Source: Rhodothermales bacterium
Lineage (GTDB): Bacteria; Bacteroidota; Rhodothermia; Rhodothermales; VXPQ01
Length of the DNA: 64,000 nt
Assembly (NCBI GenBank): GCA_040904565.1
Contig: JBBDTI010000075.1
Span: forward strand, 138,508 to 202,507
Reading direction: 5' to 3'
Shown in pieces: positions 41,703 through 51,229 of this stretch. The position numbers and the translations under genes are program-made. Below the pieces are notes generated by a model, which saw nothing but the letters and a program-made list of their open reading frames with translations, ran no database searches and was not told the origin of the DNA. Position 1 is the first letter of the stretch. The number at the start of each line of letters is the position of its first letter.

Positions 41703-42155
41703 TCACGTGCGACGCGCCAGGTACTTCCGGATACCTGCAAACGTCTCCTTCCATCCGGTCACGCACGCGTCGTAGAACGCATCGGCCTCCTTTCCGGCCG
41801 GAAACCCATCTTGCTCAACGCGGAGCGTGCAGCCGCCATCGGATGCCGTGACGCTGAAGGTGACCCTGAAATCGGCTTCGAACGGCGGCTGGCCCTCGCG
41901 GGCATGGTAGCGATAATCAGTCAAAACCATGCGCCGCGGCGGTTCAAACGATTCAATGGTCGCGACGCTCACGTAATCGGGATCGTCCTCGGTCCCGCCC
42001 CAGACGGCAGCCCAGATGCCTCCGTTCTCGGGAAGAACGATGGCGCGGTCGGCGCCCCACCATCCTCGGATGGCGCTCGGCGTATGCAGCAGCGCAAAGA
42101 CATCCTGAGGTGCGACGGCGAACGATTCCTCGTGTACGTGTTTTCTTGTTTCCAT
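41703..42155 (-). CDS. SRPBCC/AHSA1-like protein
   Basis: APQDVFALLHTPSAIRGWW, FEPPRRMV, TLRVEQDGF, GWKETF. Confidence 0.85.
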   Translation of the reverse strand: METRKHVHEESFAVAPQDVFALLHTPSAIRGWWGADRAIVLPENGGIWAAVWGGTEDDPDYVSVATIESFEPPRRMVLTDYRYHAREGQPPFEADFRVTFSVTASDGGCTLRVEQDGFPAGKEADAFYDACVTGWKETFAGIRKYLARRT

Positions 42156-42362
42156 ATGATATCGCCCCACGATTTCGATTCATTTCGGCGACCCATATCA
42201 TAGCTCGACCGACTCCGACCGTGTTTCTTGTCTCCATAGGCGCACGGCCGTCTCTGCACGCCGTCACCCACGGAGGCCATGTACGGAAAGAGCGCCTCGT
42301 GCTCCGGATATAGAATAGTCTCTGCGCGTCCTGATCCCTTTCGTCCGGCAGTACCTGGTGCA

Positions 42363-42749
42363 TCAACCGGCGATGAGTGAGAACAGGGCACACTGCCGCG
42401 CTTCGGTCCGGGACAGCACCCATCCGTCTATCTGAACCGTTCGCCCCCTGTCGAAATCGCGGCGGACCTGTTTCTCGATATCTGCTTGATTCGCCGCGGA
42501 GCCCCCGGAGCGTTTCATATCGCCCGTGATCTGAGCGGCCAGCACGTGAACGTCATCTTCGAACGGTACCGTTCGCCGGTACGACGCTCCGATGGCTCGA
42601 ACGGACTCCCGGTCTCTGAGGATGTGAAGCAGGCCCGGCTCGGCCAATCGATGGAGCTCCGACTGACTCGCAACCGAGATCGCCGCGCCAGGTAACGAGG
42701 CGGCTATCAGTCCGGCCGTTCCCAGTTGCAAAAATCTACGTCGTCTCAT
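42363..42749 (-). CDS. Small Tat-signal protein, probable GMC oxidoreductase partner
   Basis: MRRRRFL twin-arginine motif; C-terminal VRRDFDRGRTVQIDGWVLSRTEARQCAL; directly downstream of the GMC gene. Confidence 0.75.
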   Translation of the reverse strand: MRRRRFLQLGTAGLIAASLPGAAISVASQSELHRLAEPGLLHILRDRESVRAIGASYRRTVPFEDDVHVLAAQITGDMKRSGGSAANQADIEKQVRRDFDRGRTVQIDGWVLSRTEARQCALFSLIAG

Positions 42750-42803
42750 GGTCTATCCCGTTTCGCACTGTGTATTGGAGAATTCGGTTGGAAGGAGTGG
42801 CGC

Positions 42804-44348
42804 CTAGCTCAGCTCGTCGCGCAGGTGATCGGACAGGCGCAGCGTAAGCGCGACGAGCGACAGCGTCGGGTTTACGCACCCCGCCGTCGGAAAGGGTCCC
42901 GACCCCGCCACGTAGAGGTTGCCGAGGCCGTGCACCTTGCAACGTGGATCGACGACGCCTTCACGTGGGCTTTCGGCCATGCGGGTCGTTCCCATATGAT
43001 GCCATCCCCCGCCGAGAAAGGACGGCCATCCGTCCTCCATCAGCCAGTCGTGCAACTGCACGCGCGCGACGCCGCTTCGTCCGGCTTCATGTCCGATGAT
43101 TTCATAAAACCGGCGAATCGTATGCTTGTCAAGCTCGGTTAGCTGCCAGTCGAGCTGAACGCGCGGCACGCCGAGCGCGTCGCGTTCGCTCCCGATCGTG
43201 ACGCGCGAGTTCGGGTTGGGTGCCTGCTCCTGCCGGGAGAACAGCTGATATTCGAGGGGGTAGTCCAACGACGCCCCGTCGGACCCTTCGTTTGCCGCTT
43301 CCTGCGCGGCCTCGTCCATGCCCTCGACGTCGCGCAGCCGTTCGACGGCATCCGGCGGAATTTGATCGAACATGCCCTGAAGCGGCTCGTCCCGCTCCGG
43401 AGCGTCACGAAACGAGCACACGCCGTTCAGTACGGAGTTTTCTCGCTGCGCGGATTCTGAAAGCGTCAGCTCGGCGGCCGGGTACTTGTACTCGGGGTAA
43501 TGAAACTCGTAGAGGCGCATGCGCCGGGGCTCGGTCAACGCCAGGCGCGCGCCGGGCATCTCGAGATGCTCCATGAAGTAGCGGCCGACCAGGTCATGGT
43601 CGTTACCCAGTCCCTCGGGTGCACGTTCGTTCGAGGCCAGAAGAAGTCGTGCATTCTGGATCGCACCGCACGCCAGAACGTACGCATCCGCCCTCACGCG
43701 CAGTTCCTTGCCTTCGAGCGTTCGGATGCGCAGGCCGGTGACGGCCGAGACAGGCTCGTTGGCTTCTATCCGGGTAACATTGGCGTGCGTGTAGAGATGT
43801 ATGTTGGGTGCGTCGACGATCTCATCGCGGTAGGTTCGCCCGAAGCGGGTTGGTGGACTGAACTGCCATATCTTCGTCCGTACGATGTCGCCGTCGAAGG
43901 GCAGCAGCGCGTTGTCTTCGTGCTGCGCCGCCCAATAGGCCGGATCCCATTCGAACGGACCGAGCTGAAGGATTTCGTGCGCCCGGGGATAGTAGGCCAT
44001 CATGTCGTCGTAGCTGATCGGCCATCCGCTATGCGGGACCCAATCGCGCTCCTCGAAATCGATTGGATCGAGAATCGAGCAGAATCCGGCCCAGTGGTTG
44101 GTCGTTCCGCCGAAAAAGTGCAGTCTGGCGGCCTCCAGAGGGAAATACCTCTCCCCTACGATGTCGCCTCTATAGAGCGACTGTACGTCGGCGTCCACGT
44201 CGAAACCGCCTCCTTCAAGCAGGACGACGTCTTTATCCGTTCCGATCCACTCCATAGCCATACTGATGCCGGCGGCGCCGGCACCCACGATACAGAGATC
44301 CCCCTCGATAACGGATCCGTCATCTAACGTTCGAGCGTCTGTATGCAT
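42804..44348 (-). CDS. GMC-family FAD oxidoreductase
   Basis: IVGAGAAG Rossmann motif, GGTTNHWAG, VGRYFMEH, HHMGTTRM, GNLYVAGS, NPTLSLVAL. Confidence 0.93.
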   Translation of the reverse strand: MHTDARTLDDGSVIEGDLCIVGAGAAGISMAMEWIGTDKDVVLLEGGGFDVDADVQSLYRGDIVGERYFPLEAARLHFFGGTTNHWAGFCSILDPIDFEERDWVPHSGWPISYDDMMAYYPRAHEILQLGPFEWDPAYWAAQHEDNALLPFDGDIVRTKIWQFSPPTRFGRTYRDEIVDAPNIHLYTHANVTRIEANEPVSAVTGLRIRTLEGKELRVRADAYVLACGAIQNARLLLASNERAPEGLGNDHDLVGRYFMEHLEMPGARLALTEPRRMRLYEFHYPEYKYPAAELTLSESAQRENSVLNGVCSFRDAPERDEPLQGMFDQIPPDAVERLRDVEGMDEAAQEAANEGSDGASLDYPLEYQLFSRQEQAPNPNSRVTIGSERDALGVPRVQLDWQLTELDKHTIRRFYEIIGHEAGRSGVARVQLHDWLMEDGWPSFLGGGWHHMGTTRMAESPREGVVDPRCKVHGLGNLYVAGSGPFPTAGCVNPTLSLVALTLRLSDHLRDELS

Positions 44349-44554
44349 TCCTTACTTCCTTGCATGAAGAAACTACACGTCCCGCGGCCGAAGGGGCCGC
44401 AGCCAATCGAAAAGATAGAAGATTGCCGCCTCAAAAAAACTCCGGTCGCCGTCGACAAGCCGCAGGGATCCTACCGCTGATTCAGAGACATCGAACCGCG
44501 CGGCCTCCACGATGACCGTACGTCGATCCCGAATTCGAGACGGTTTACCGTGCG

Positions 44555-45085
44555 CTACGCCGATTCGTGGGGGTCGTCATGAAGGATTGCGAGCAACCCG
44601 TCCAGGTCCAGCGGACGGGTATACATTGCGAGGTTGCCCGCATCGTCTACGGGCCAGGCATCCGCGGGTCGGTCCCAATACAGTTCCACGCCGTTGCCGT
44701 CGGGATCCCTCAAGTACAGGGCCTCGCTGACGCCGTGATCCGCCGCACCGTCAAGCACGACGCCCGCCGACATGACCCGCCGCAGCGCGTAGGCAAGCGC
44801 TCGACGGGTCGGATACAGAAATGCGACGTGATACAACCCCGTCATCCCGCTGTTTGGCTGCGAACCGCCGCGGCTCTCCCACGTGTTGAGGCCTATGTGA
44901 TGGTGATACCCGCCCGCACTCAGGAATACCGCCGAGCGACCCATCCACTGAGTAATCTCGAACCCGAGTACGTCCCGGTAGAACGCCAGCGCACGATCGA
45001 TGTCCGCCACCTTTAGATGCACGTGTCCGACACGAACGCGCGCCTGGTCGTCACGTTGCTCAACCTCCTTCCCGTCCTCCATCAT
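44555..45085 (-). CDS. VOC/glyoxalase protein (CatE-like single domain)
   Basis: GHVHLKVAD, FLSAGGYHHHIGLNTW, GLYHVAF, DHGVSEALYLRDPDGNGVELY. Confidence 0.9.
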   Translation of the reverse strand: MMEDGKEVEQRDDQARVRVGHVHLKVADIDRALAFYRDVLGFEITQWMGRSAVFLSAGGYHHHIGLNTWESRGGSQPNSGMTGLYHVAFLYPTRRALAYALRRVMSAGVVLDGAADHGVSEALYLRDPDGNGVELYWDRPADAWPVDDAGNLAMYTRPLDLDGLLAILHDDPHESA

Positions 45086-45277
45086 TCCGGCTGCCTAGAC
45101 AGCGTTCGTTCTTCAGCCACCAATTACCCGTATGAATCAAATGTACGCGCCCGCATCACGACCGTTCGGGCACCGATCGTCGCGGCCATCCTGCCATTCG
45201 TATATTCCGTTGCGGTCTATCCGCCCGTCAGCTAGATTGTATGGACAGCGTCTACCGTACAGATCACGGATCATATC

Positions 45278-46579
45278 ATGAATAGACGAGACTTTCTTGC
45301 CACCGCATCTTCCGTTGTGGTACTGCCGCGGAGCGTCCTCGGTGGTCCCGGCTTCAAGGCCCCAAGCGACACGCTCAATATCGCCGGCGTCGGAGCGGGT
45401 GGGATGGGCGGTGCGTACCTCCGTGAGCTGAGCAGCGAAAACATCGTGGCGCTGGCGGACGTGGACGACGAACGGGCTGCGGAAACCTATGCCCGGTTCC
45501 CCGACGCTACACGCTATACGGATTTTCGGCGTCTGTTCGACAGCGAGCAGAATATCGATGCCGTCGTCGTCGGCACGCCCGATCACACGCATGCCATCAT
45601 CGCCGTCGACGCACTGGAACGAGGCAAGCACGTATACTGCGCGAAGCCTCTCGCCCGCACTATCTATGAGGTGCGGCGCATGACCGACGCCGCTCGGGAA
45701 GCGGGCGTCGCCACGCAGATGAGCACCCAGCAGAATGCGCACGACGATCATCGGGTCATCGCCGAGATGATCTGGGACGGTGCGATCGGTCCGGTCAGAG
45801 AAGTCCACATCTGGGACAACCGACCCATTTGGCCGCAGGGCATAGAACGGCCGCCGGAGACGCCGCCCGTTCCCGATACGCTCGACTGGGAGCTCTGGCT
45901 CGGCCCCGCCCCTAGACGCCCGTATCATCCGATCTACGTTCCGTTCAGCTGGCGCGGCTGGCTCGACTTCGGCACCGGTGCACTCGGCGACATGGGCTGC
46001 CACCATTTCGACCCGGTGTTTCGCGCGTTGAAGCTGGCGGCGCCCGACAAAGTGCATGCGAGCTCGACCGAGGTCAATGAGGAGACGTTTCCTACCGCCT
46101 CCATCGTCCACTACGACTTCCCGGCGCGGGAGGATATGCCGCCCGTACGCGTGACGTGGTACGACGGCGGACTGAAGCCGCCGCGGCCGGAAGGCCTGCC
46201 GGACGGCGAACCGATGGGCGTTCCCGACCCGGGCGGGGCGTACTTCGTCGGTGATGGAGGCATCCTCATGACGGACGGCACGGGCCACAACCCGCGGCTG
46301 CTATCGGCCTCGGCGGCCGATTCGTACGACATGCCGAGTCCGGCCCTGCCGCGGTCCATCGGACACTACCAGGAATTCATCGAAGCATGTAAGGGAGGCC
46401 CTCGACCGGGCGCCCATTTCGATTACGGCGGCCCTATCACGGAGGCCGTGCTTCTCGGGAATATCGCGATCCGCACGGGCAAGACGCTCCGATGGGATGC
46501 CGAAAACATGCGCATCACGAACGACGACGAAGCCAATCGCTTCGTCCGCGAGCCCTACCACAACGGCTGGACGCTGTAG
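45278..46579 (+). CDS. Tat-exported Gfo/Idh/MocA oxidoreductase
   Basis: MNRRDFL; GVGAGGMG; TPDHTH; HVYCAKP; WRGWLDFGTGALGDMGCH. Confidence 0.92.
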   Translation: MNRRDFLATASSVVVLPRSVLGGPGFKAPSDTLNIAGVGAGGMGGAYLRELSSENIVALADVDDERAAETYARFPDATRYTDFRRLFDSEQNIDAVVVGTPDHTHAIIAVDALERGKHVYCAKPLARTIYEVRRMTDAAREAGVATQMSTQQNAHDDHRVIAEMIWDGAIGPVREVHIWDNRPIWPQGIERPPETPPVPDTLDWELWLGPAPRRPYHPIYVPFSWRGWLDFGTGALGDMGCHHFDPVFRALKLAAPDKVHASSTEVNEETFPTASIVHYDFPAREDMPPVRVTWYDGGLKPPRPEGLPDGEPMGVPDPGGAYFVGDGGILMTDGTGHNPRLLSASAADSYDMPSPALPRSIGHYQEFIEACKGGPRPGAHFDYGGPITEAVLLGNIAIRTGKTLRWDAENMRITNDDEANRFVREPYHNGWTL

Positions 46580-46612
46580 CGAATCGTTGTCGTCGACCGG
46601 CTTCTCCAGGCT

Positions 46613-47116
46613 CTAGAACGAGACGACGGCGCCGACGAGCAGTCCGGCGGCCCAGGGGCCCGGCGCGCGTCCGGCCGACAGCTGTATGGAAGCATCGAAT
46701 TGTGACGTGACGGCGTAGTCCACACCGACGTCAGCCTGCACTACGCCCCCGTCGCCCCAGTCCCCTCCCGCAGCGCCCCCGCCTAGCGAGGCGAAGGGCG
46801 TCCACTTCCCCTTCGGAAAACGCGCACGTATGGAAAGCTGCATGGTCCTCGCCGCGCTGTAGACCGCCACGTTTCGGAATTCCTCGTCGGACGACGTCGC
46901 GCGGTACTGGGCGTATCGCAGTCCGGCCCACCACGTCTCGCCGCCGAGTCTACGCCACCAGCCGAACTGAATCCCTCGAAACAGCTCCTCGCCATCCACC
47001 GCGGCGCCGCCGCGGAGCGACACCTTCCAGCCGAAATCCTCCGCCTGGGCCCGAGTGTCTGCCGCCGTAAAGCACGCTAACAGAAGCAGCAACACAGCAC
47101 ACCGGCTGCCGCCCAT
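46613..47116 (-). CDS. Putative small outer-membrane beta-barrel protein
   Basis: Signal peptide (TRA-Q), amphipathic strands (WTPFASLGGG, DVGVDYAV), C-terminal Phe. Confidence 0.6.
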   Translation of the reverse strand: MGGSRCAVLLLLLACFTAADTRAQAEDFGWKVSLRGGAAVDGEELFRGIQFGWWRRLGGETWWAGLRYAQYRATSSDEEFRNVAVYSAARTMQLSIRARFPKGKWTPFASLGGGAAGGDWGDGGVVQADVGVDYAVTSQFDASIQLSAGRAPGPWAAGLLVGAVVSF

Positions 47117-47250
47117 CGAATGTCTTGACGCCGGCGTGCCGGTCCACCTGCGAGCACTTACGGACCGGCGTGTCCCACGCACGCACTTGATCGGCACGTT
47201 TCCTAGTTTCCTTCCTGAGTTACACGAAAGCTCGCTCATGAACCTTCACC

Positions 47251-48111
47251 ATGTTTATGGATGACGACAGCGTCCGCCTGTTCAGAACCGGTACCGGCAT
47301 CATCGCCGAGGTCGACGGCCGATCCTATGTGGTTCGCCACGCGGACTGGGACGTGCTGTTCAATACGCCGAACCTGCGCGAGCGGTTGATCGAGGTGGTG
47401 CGTGAGCGTTCGCCCGCTCCATCCTTCGATCGTGGTGACCTGCTCCCGCCGGTAGGCAGACAGGAAGTATGGGCCGCAGGGGTCACCTACATCCGCAGCA
47501 AGACGGCCCGCATGACCGAAGCGCAGGACGCCGGCGGGGGCGACTTCTACGATAGAGTCTACGTCGCGGATCGTCCCGAACTCTTTCTGAAGGCGACGCC
47601 GCATCGGGTGGTCGGGCATGGGGCCGACATACGCATTCGTCGCGATGCCGACTGGAACGTTCCCGAGCCCGAGCTGGCGCTCGCCGTCAACGTCGACGGC
47701 TCGATCTTCGGGTATTCGATCGGTAACGACATGAGTTCTCGTGATATCGAGGGGGACAACCCCCTATACCTGCCCCAGGCCAAAGTATACGACCAGTCGT
47801 GCGGCCTCGGTCCGGGCCTCTTCCTTCCCGCCGGGCCGCTGCCCCCTCAGACGCTCATCCAGCTGGACATCCTCCGGGGCGGAACGTCTGTATTTTCGGA
47901 TGAGATTTCACTTACGGAAATGAAACGGTCACCCGACGAACTCGTCAAGTACCTGTACCGCGACAACAGCTTCCCCTTCGGATGCTTCTTGCTCACGGGA
48001 ACGGGGATCGTCCCGCCCGACTCGTTTACGCTGCACCTCGGCGACGTCGTCCGCATCACTATCGAACCCATCGGCACGCTCCAAAATCAGGTCATACAGC
48101 ATCATGAGTAA
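47251..48111 (+). CDS. FAA-hydrolase family, 2-keto-3-deoxy-pentonate dehydratase (XylX-like)
   Basis: [56 protein letters not shown]. Confidence 0.85.
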   Translation: MFMDDDSVRLFRTGTGIIAEVDGRSYVVRHADWDVLFNTPNLRERLIEVVRERSPAPSFDRGDLLPPVGRQEVWAAGVTYIRSKTARMTEAQDAGGGDFYDRVYVADRPELFLKATPHRVVGHGADIRIRRDADWNVPEPELALAVNVDGSIFGYSIGNDMSSRDIEGDNPLYLPQAKVYDQSCGLGPGLFLPAGPLPPQTLIQLDILRGGTSVFSDEISLTEMKRSPDELVKYLYRDNSFPFGCFLLTGTGIVPPDSFTLHLGDVVRITIEPIGTLQNQVIQHHE

Positions 48112-49693
48112 CCCCTCTTATCACGGCGGCAATCTCATCGGACGCGACACTTCCAAAGAGGGCACGTCCACCTATACTGCTACCGATCCGTCTACCGGAA
48201 CGATACTACCGGGTACATTTTACGAGGCGACGGACTCCGAAATCGACCGGGCGGTGACGCTGGCCGACGAGGCGTGGCAGGCGTCTGCTGACGTGGAGCC
48301 TGAGGACCGCGCACGGCTGCTCGAGCGGATGGCCGACGAGATCGAACGGCTCGGAGACGCGTTCGTGGAACGGGTCGTGGCAGAAACCGGACTCGGCGAC
48401 GGACGCGTTCGCGGTGAACGCGGTCGTACCACGAGCCAGCTTCGCATGTTTGCGGAACTGGTCCGCGAGGGATCCTGGGTGGATGCGCGCATCGATCCGG
48501 GTAATCCGGAAGGCGACCCGTCGCCGAAACCGGACGTACGCCGCATGCTGATGCCGCTCGGTCCGGTGGCCGTGTTTGGTGCCAGTAATTTCCCTCTCGC
48601 CTTTTCCGTCGCCGGCGGCGACACGGCCTCCGCGATTGCGGCGGGGTGTCCGGTCATCGTAAAGGCGCATCCGGCGCATCCCGGAACGTCCGAGCTCGTC
48701 GGCGAAGCCTTGCGTCGTGCCGTCGACGCCGCCGGCTTCCACCCCGGCACGTTCTCCATGATCCACGGTCGCGACCCCGACGTCATCATGACGCTGGTAC
48801 GCCATCCGCTCCTGCGCGCCGTCGGATTCACCGGGTCGCTGCATGCGGGACGGGCGATATTCGACGCCGCCGCCGCACGCCCTCGTCCTATCCCCGTCTA
48901 CGCCGAGATGGGAAGCGTTAACCCTATCTTTCTGCTCCAGGGCGCGCTCAAGCAGCGGCCGGATGCACTGGCAGAAGGACTCGTCGGCTCGGTCACGCTG
49001 GGCGCGGGCCAGTTCTGCACGAACCCTGGACTCGTTTTTGGTCTCTCCGGCGACGGTCTCGACTATTTTGTCGACGCCGTCTCCGAAGGGCTCGGGCAAA
49101 CGCCCGCCTTCACGATGCTCCACCGCGGCATATGCGACGCGTATGTGGAGGGCCTCCGACGGCTCTCCGACGTCGACGGCGTAGAGGTGGCGGCGCAGGC
49201 GGAGTCCGGCGACGGAAGAGCGGGCGCGGCTGTTCTTACGACCTCCGCCGGCGTGTTTCTACGTGCACCGCGGCTGCACGAAGAAGTCTTCGGACCGAGC
49301 ACGCTCGTCGTCCGCTGCAAGGACCTGGAGGAGATGGAGCGTGTCGCGGCCGATCTCGAAGGCAATCTAACGGCCGCACTGCACGGCACGCGTGAAGACC
49401 TGATTGAGGCGGACGCCTTGCTCGGCATCCTGCGTCGGCGTGTGGGACGGCTGATCTTCAACGGCTTCCCCACGGGTGTGGAAGTAGGCCACGCGATGCA
49501 GCATGGGGGCCCCTATCCCGCGACGACGGACGAACGCTCGACGTCCGTCGGCACCGCCGCGATCGAACGTTTCGCTCGTCCGATCTGCTATCAGGATTTC
49601 CCACAGGATGCGCTCCCCGCCGAGCTGCGCGATCACAATGAGCGGGGCATCTGGCGCCGGATCGATGGCGCCCTAACACGCGATGCCGTGTAG
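48104..49693 (+). CDS. Aldehyde dehydrogenase, alpha-ketoglutaric semialdehyde (2,5-dioxovalerate) dehydrogenase type
   Basis: [56 protein letters not shown]. Confidence 0.9.
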   Translation: MSNPSYHGGNLIGRDTSKEGTSTYTATDPSTGTILPGTFYEATDSEIDRAVTLADEAWQASADVEPEDRARLLERMADEIERLGDAFVERVVAETGLGDGRVRGERGRTTSQLRMFAELVREGSWVDARIDPGNPEGDPSPKPDVRRMLMPLGPVAVFGASNFPLAFSVAGGDTASAIAAGCPVIVKAHPAHPGTSELVGEALRRAVDAAGFHPGTFSMIHGRDPDVIMTLVRHPLLRAVGFTGSLHAGRAIFDAAAARPRPIPVYAEMGSVNPIFLLQGALKQRPDALAEGLVGSVTLGAGQFCTNPGLVFGLSGDGLDYFVDAVSEGLGQTPAFTMLHRGICDAYVEGLRRLSDVDGVEVAAQAESGDGRAGAAVLTTSAGVFLRAPRLHEEVFGPSTLVVRCKDLEEMERVAADLEGNLTAALHGTREDLIEADALLGILRRRVGRLIFNGFPTGVEVGHAMQHGGPYPATTDERSTSVGTAAIERFARPICYQDFPQDALPAELRDHNERGIWRRIDGALTRDAV

Positions 49694-49731
49694 CGGGTGG
49701 GTTCCTCCATATGAACTTCGCCGGCAGCCGT

Positions 49732-51207
49732 CTACTCGGCGTCCGCGCGCTCGACACGCACCGCCACGTCGTAGCCGTACGACGGAGGTGCCAGAGAAAG
49801 GAGACCGCCCTCGTGCGTCAGGCGCGCCGAGCGAACATGCCGCCCCGTCACGACGTCTATCCACCAGATGTCGTACGTACCGGCCGGAACGTCGAGCACC
49901 AGGTCCTCTCGCAGGCGGCCGGCGAGATATACGGCGTAGCTTCGACCCTCGTCCACGAGGGCTTCGCGAAGTGCACCGGGCGCGCGAACCACGACGCGCG
50001 CATCCGGCGTCATTTCGACGAAGGGCATGTCGTCTAAAAACTGCTTCAGGCTGCCAAGCTGATTGCGCAGCGTGGTGCCTCCACCTCCCGGCGCGTCATT
50101 GCTGGCTGCCCCACCAGGATGCTCGACCGTGAAGGAATAGTCCAGGTTGTTATAGAGCCCGCCGCCGGCCATCATGAACCGCCATGCAAGCACGCGGTAC
50201 GTACTGTCGGCCGTGCCTGCGAATCCCGTCTCATCCAGTCCAAGCACGCGATCCCACCCCAGGTTCATCTCCACGGCGTCCGGCGTTGCGTAATGGAAAT
50301 TGAGAATGGAAAGGCGCGGATCGACGCCGTATAGCGGGTATCCGAAGTTGACGAAGTTCTCGGCGATTAGATGCTTCTTCGGCAGCGCCTCTTCGGTCTC
50401 CCGGATCACGTCGATTATGGCAGCCTGCCACGCGAGGGCCGCATCGGTAGGATATTCGATTCGGCCCTGCCAGGACGCGTCCGAGGACGGCACGCCAGGA
50501 TTCAGCACCCCGGCGACGTAGCCGTTGTCCGCCCACGGCTCGTTCTGAATCTCGTAGAAGACGTTGTCGAAGTCGTTCAGCGCCTCGACAATCCGTGCTA
50601 CGACCCGTTCCTGGTATGCGAGGATGGGCCCGTTGTCGAGCGTATGCACGGCATGCCGCTCGACGTTGCCGGTATCGTTGACGTTGTTGGCCGGATTGAA
50701 TGGGTTGATAGCCCACTGGGCGTCACCGTAGATCGACGAGAAAAACGTCACCTCCACAACGATTCCGTAGGTATCCGCCGTGCGCACGAAGTCAGTCAAA
50801 CGCTCGAAATACGCCTCATTCCACCGGTCCAGGTCGAACGGACCCGTCGCGCCGATGGCGCGCGGCCAGGGTGCCACGACCGCTTCCGGCCGAGGCGCAA
50901 GAGTGTTGTGCCGGATGCCGAACGCGCCTGGCGGCTCGAAATACGTCCCCGCAAAGACGCGTGTGTAGTTCAGGCCGTCCTCGGCCAGCGCCGCGAGGTA
51001 CGTTTCGTAGTCGAAGTCGCCGTTTACGACGGCGCCGTAGTGCTCGGCGGACGTCACGAGCACCGTCGGTTCTCCGCGAAAGAGGAAATAGTGGGGGTTG
51101 TCCGGGTGGAGCGCAATCGGCTGCGCCCCGACGCCGACCGCCCCCGCGACGAATCCCCACACTAAGAGCAGCAGCATACATGTATTCAGCAGAGTCGCTC
51201 TCATCAA
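49732..51207 (-). CDS. Exported clan GH-A-like glycoside hydrolase with C-terminal beta-sandwich
   Basis: Signal peptide; EIQNEP acid/base motif; NFHY; GLDETG nucleophile; GTYDIWWIDVVTG C-terminal domain. Confidence 0.7.
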   Translation of the reverse strand: MMRATLLNTCMLLLLVWGFVAGAVGVGAQPIALHPDNPHYFLFRGEPTVLVTSAEHYGAVVNGDFDYETYLAALAEDGLNYTRVFAGTYFEPPGAFGIRHNTLAPRPEAVVAPWPRAIGATGPFDLDRWNEAYFERLTDFVRTADTYGIVVEVTFFSSIYGDAQWAINPFNPANNVNDTGNVERHAVHTLDNGPILAYQERVVARIVEALNDFDNVFYEIQNEPWADNGYVAGVLNPGVPSSDASWQGRIEYPTDAALAWQAAIIDVIRETEEALPKKHLIAENFVNFGYPLYGVDPRLSILNFHYATPDAVEMNLGWDRVLGLDETGFAGTADSTYRVLAWRFMMAGGGLYNNLDYSFTVEHPGGAASNDAPGGGGTTLRNQLGSLKQFLDDMPFVEMTPDARVVVRAPGALREALVDEGRSYAVYLAGRLREDLVLDVPAGTYDIWWIDVVTGRHVRSARLTHEGGLLSLAPPSYGYDVAVRVERADAE

Positions 51208-51229
51208 TCGTCCCGATGTCTTGAGGATC

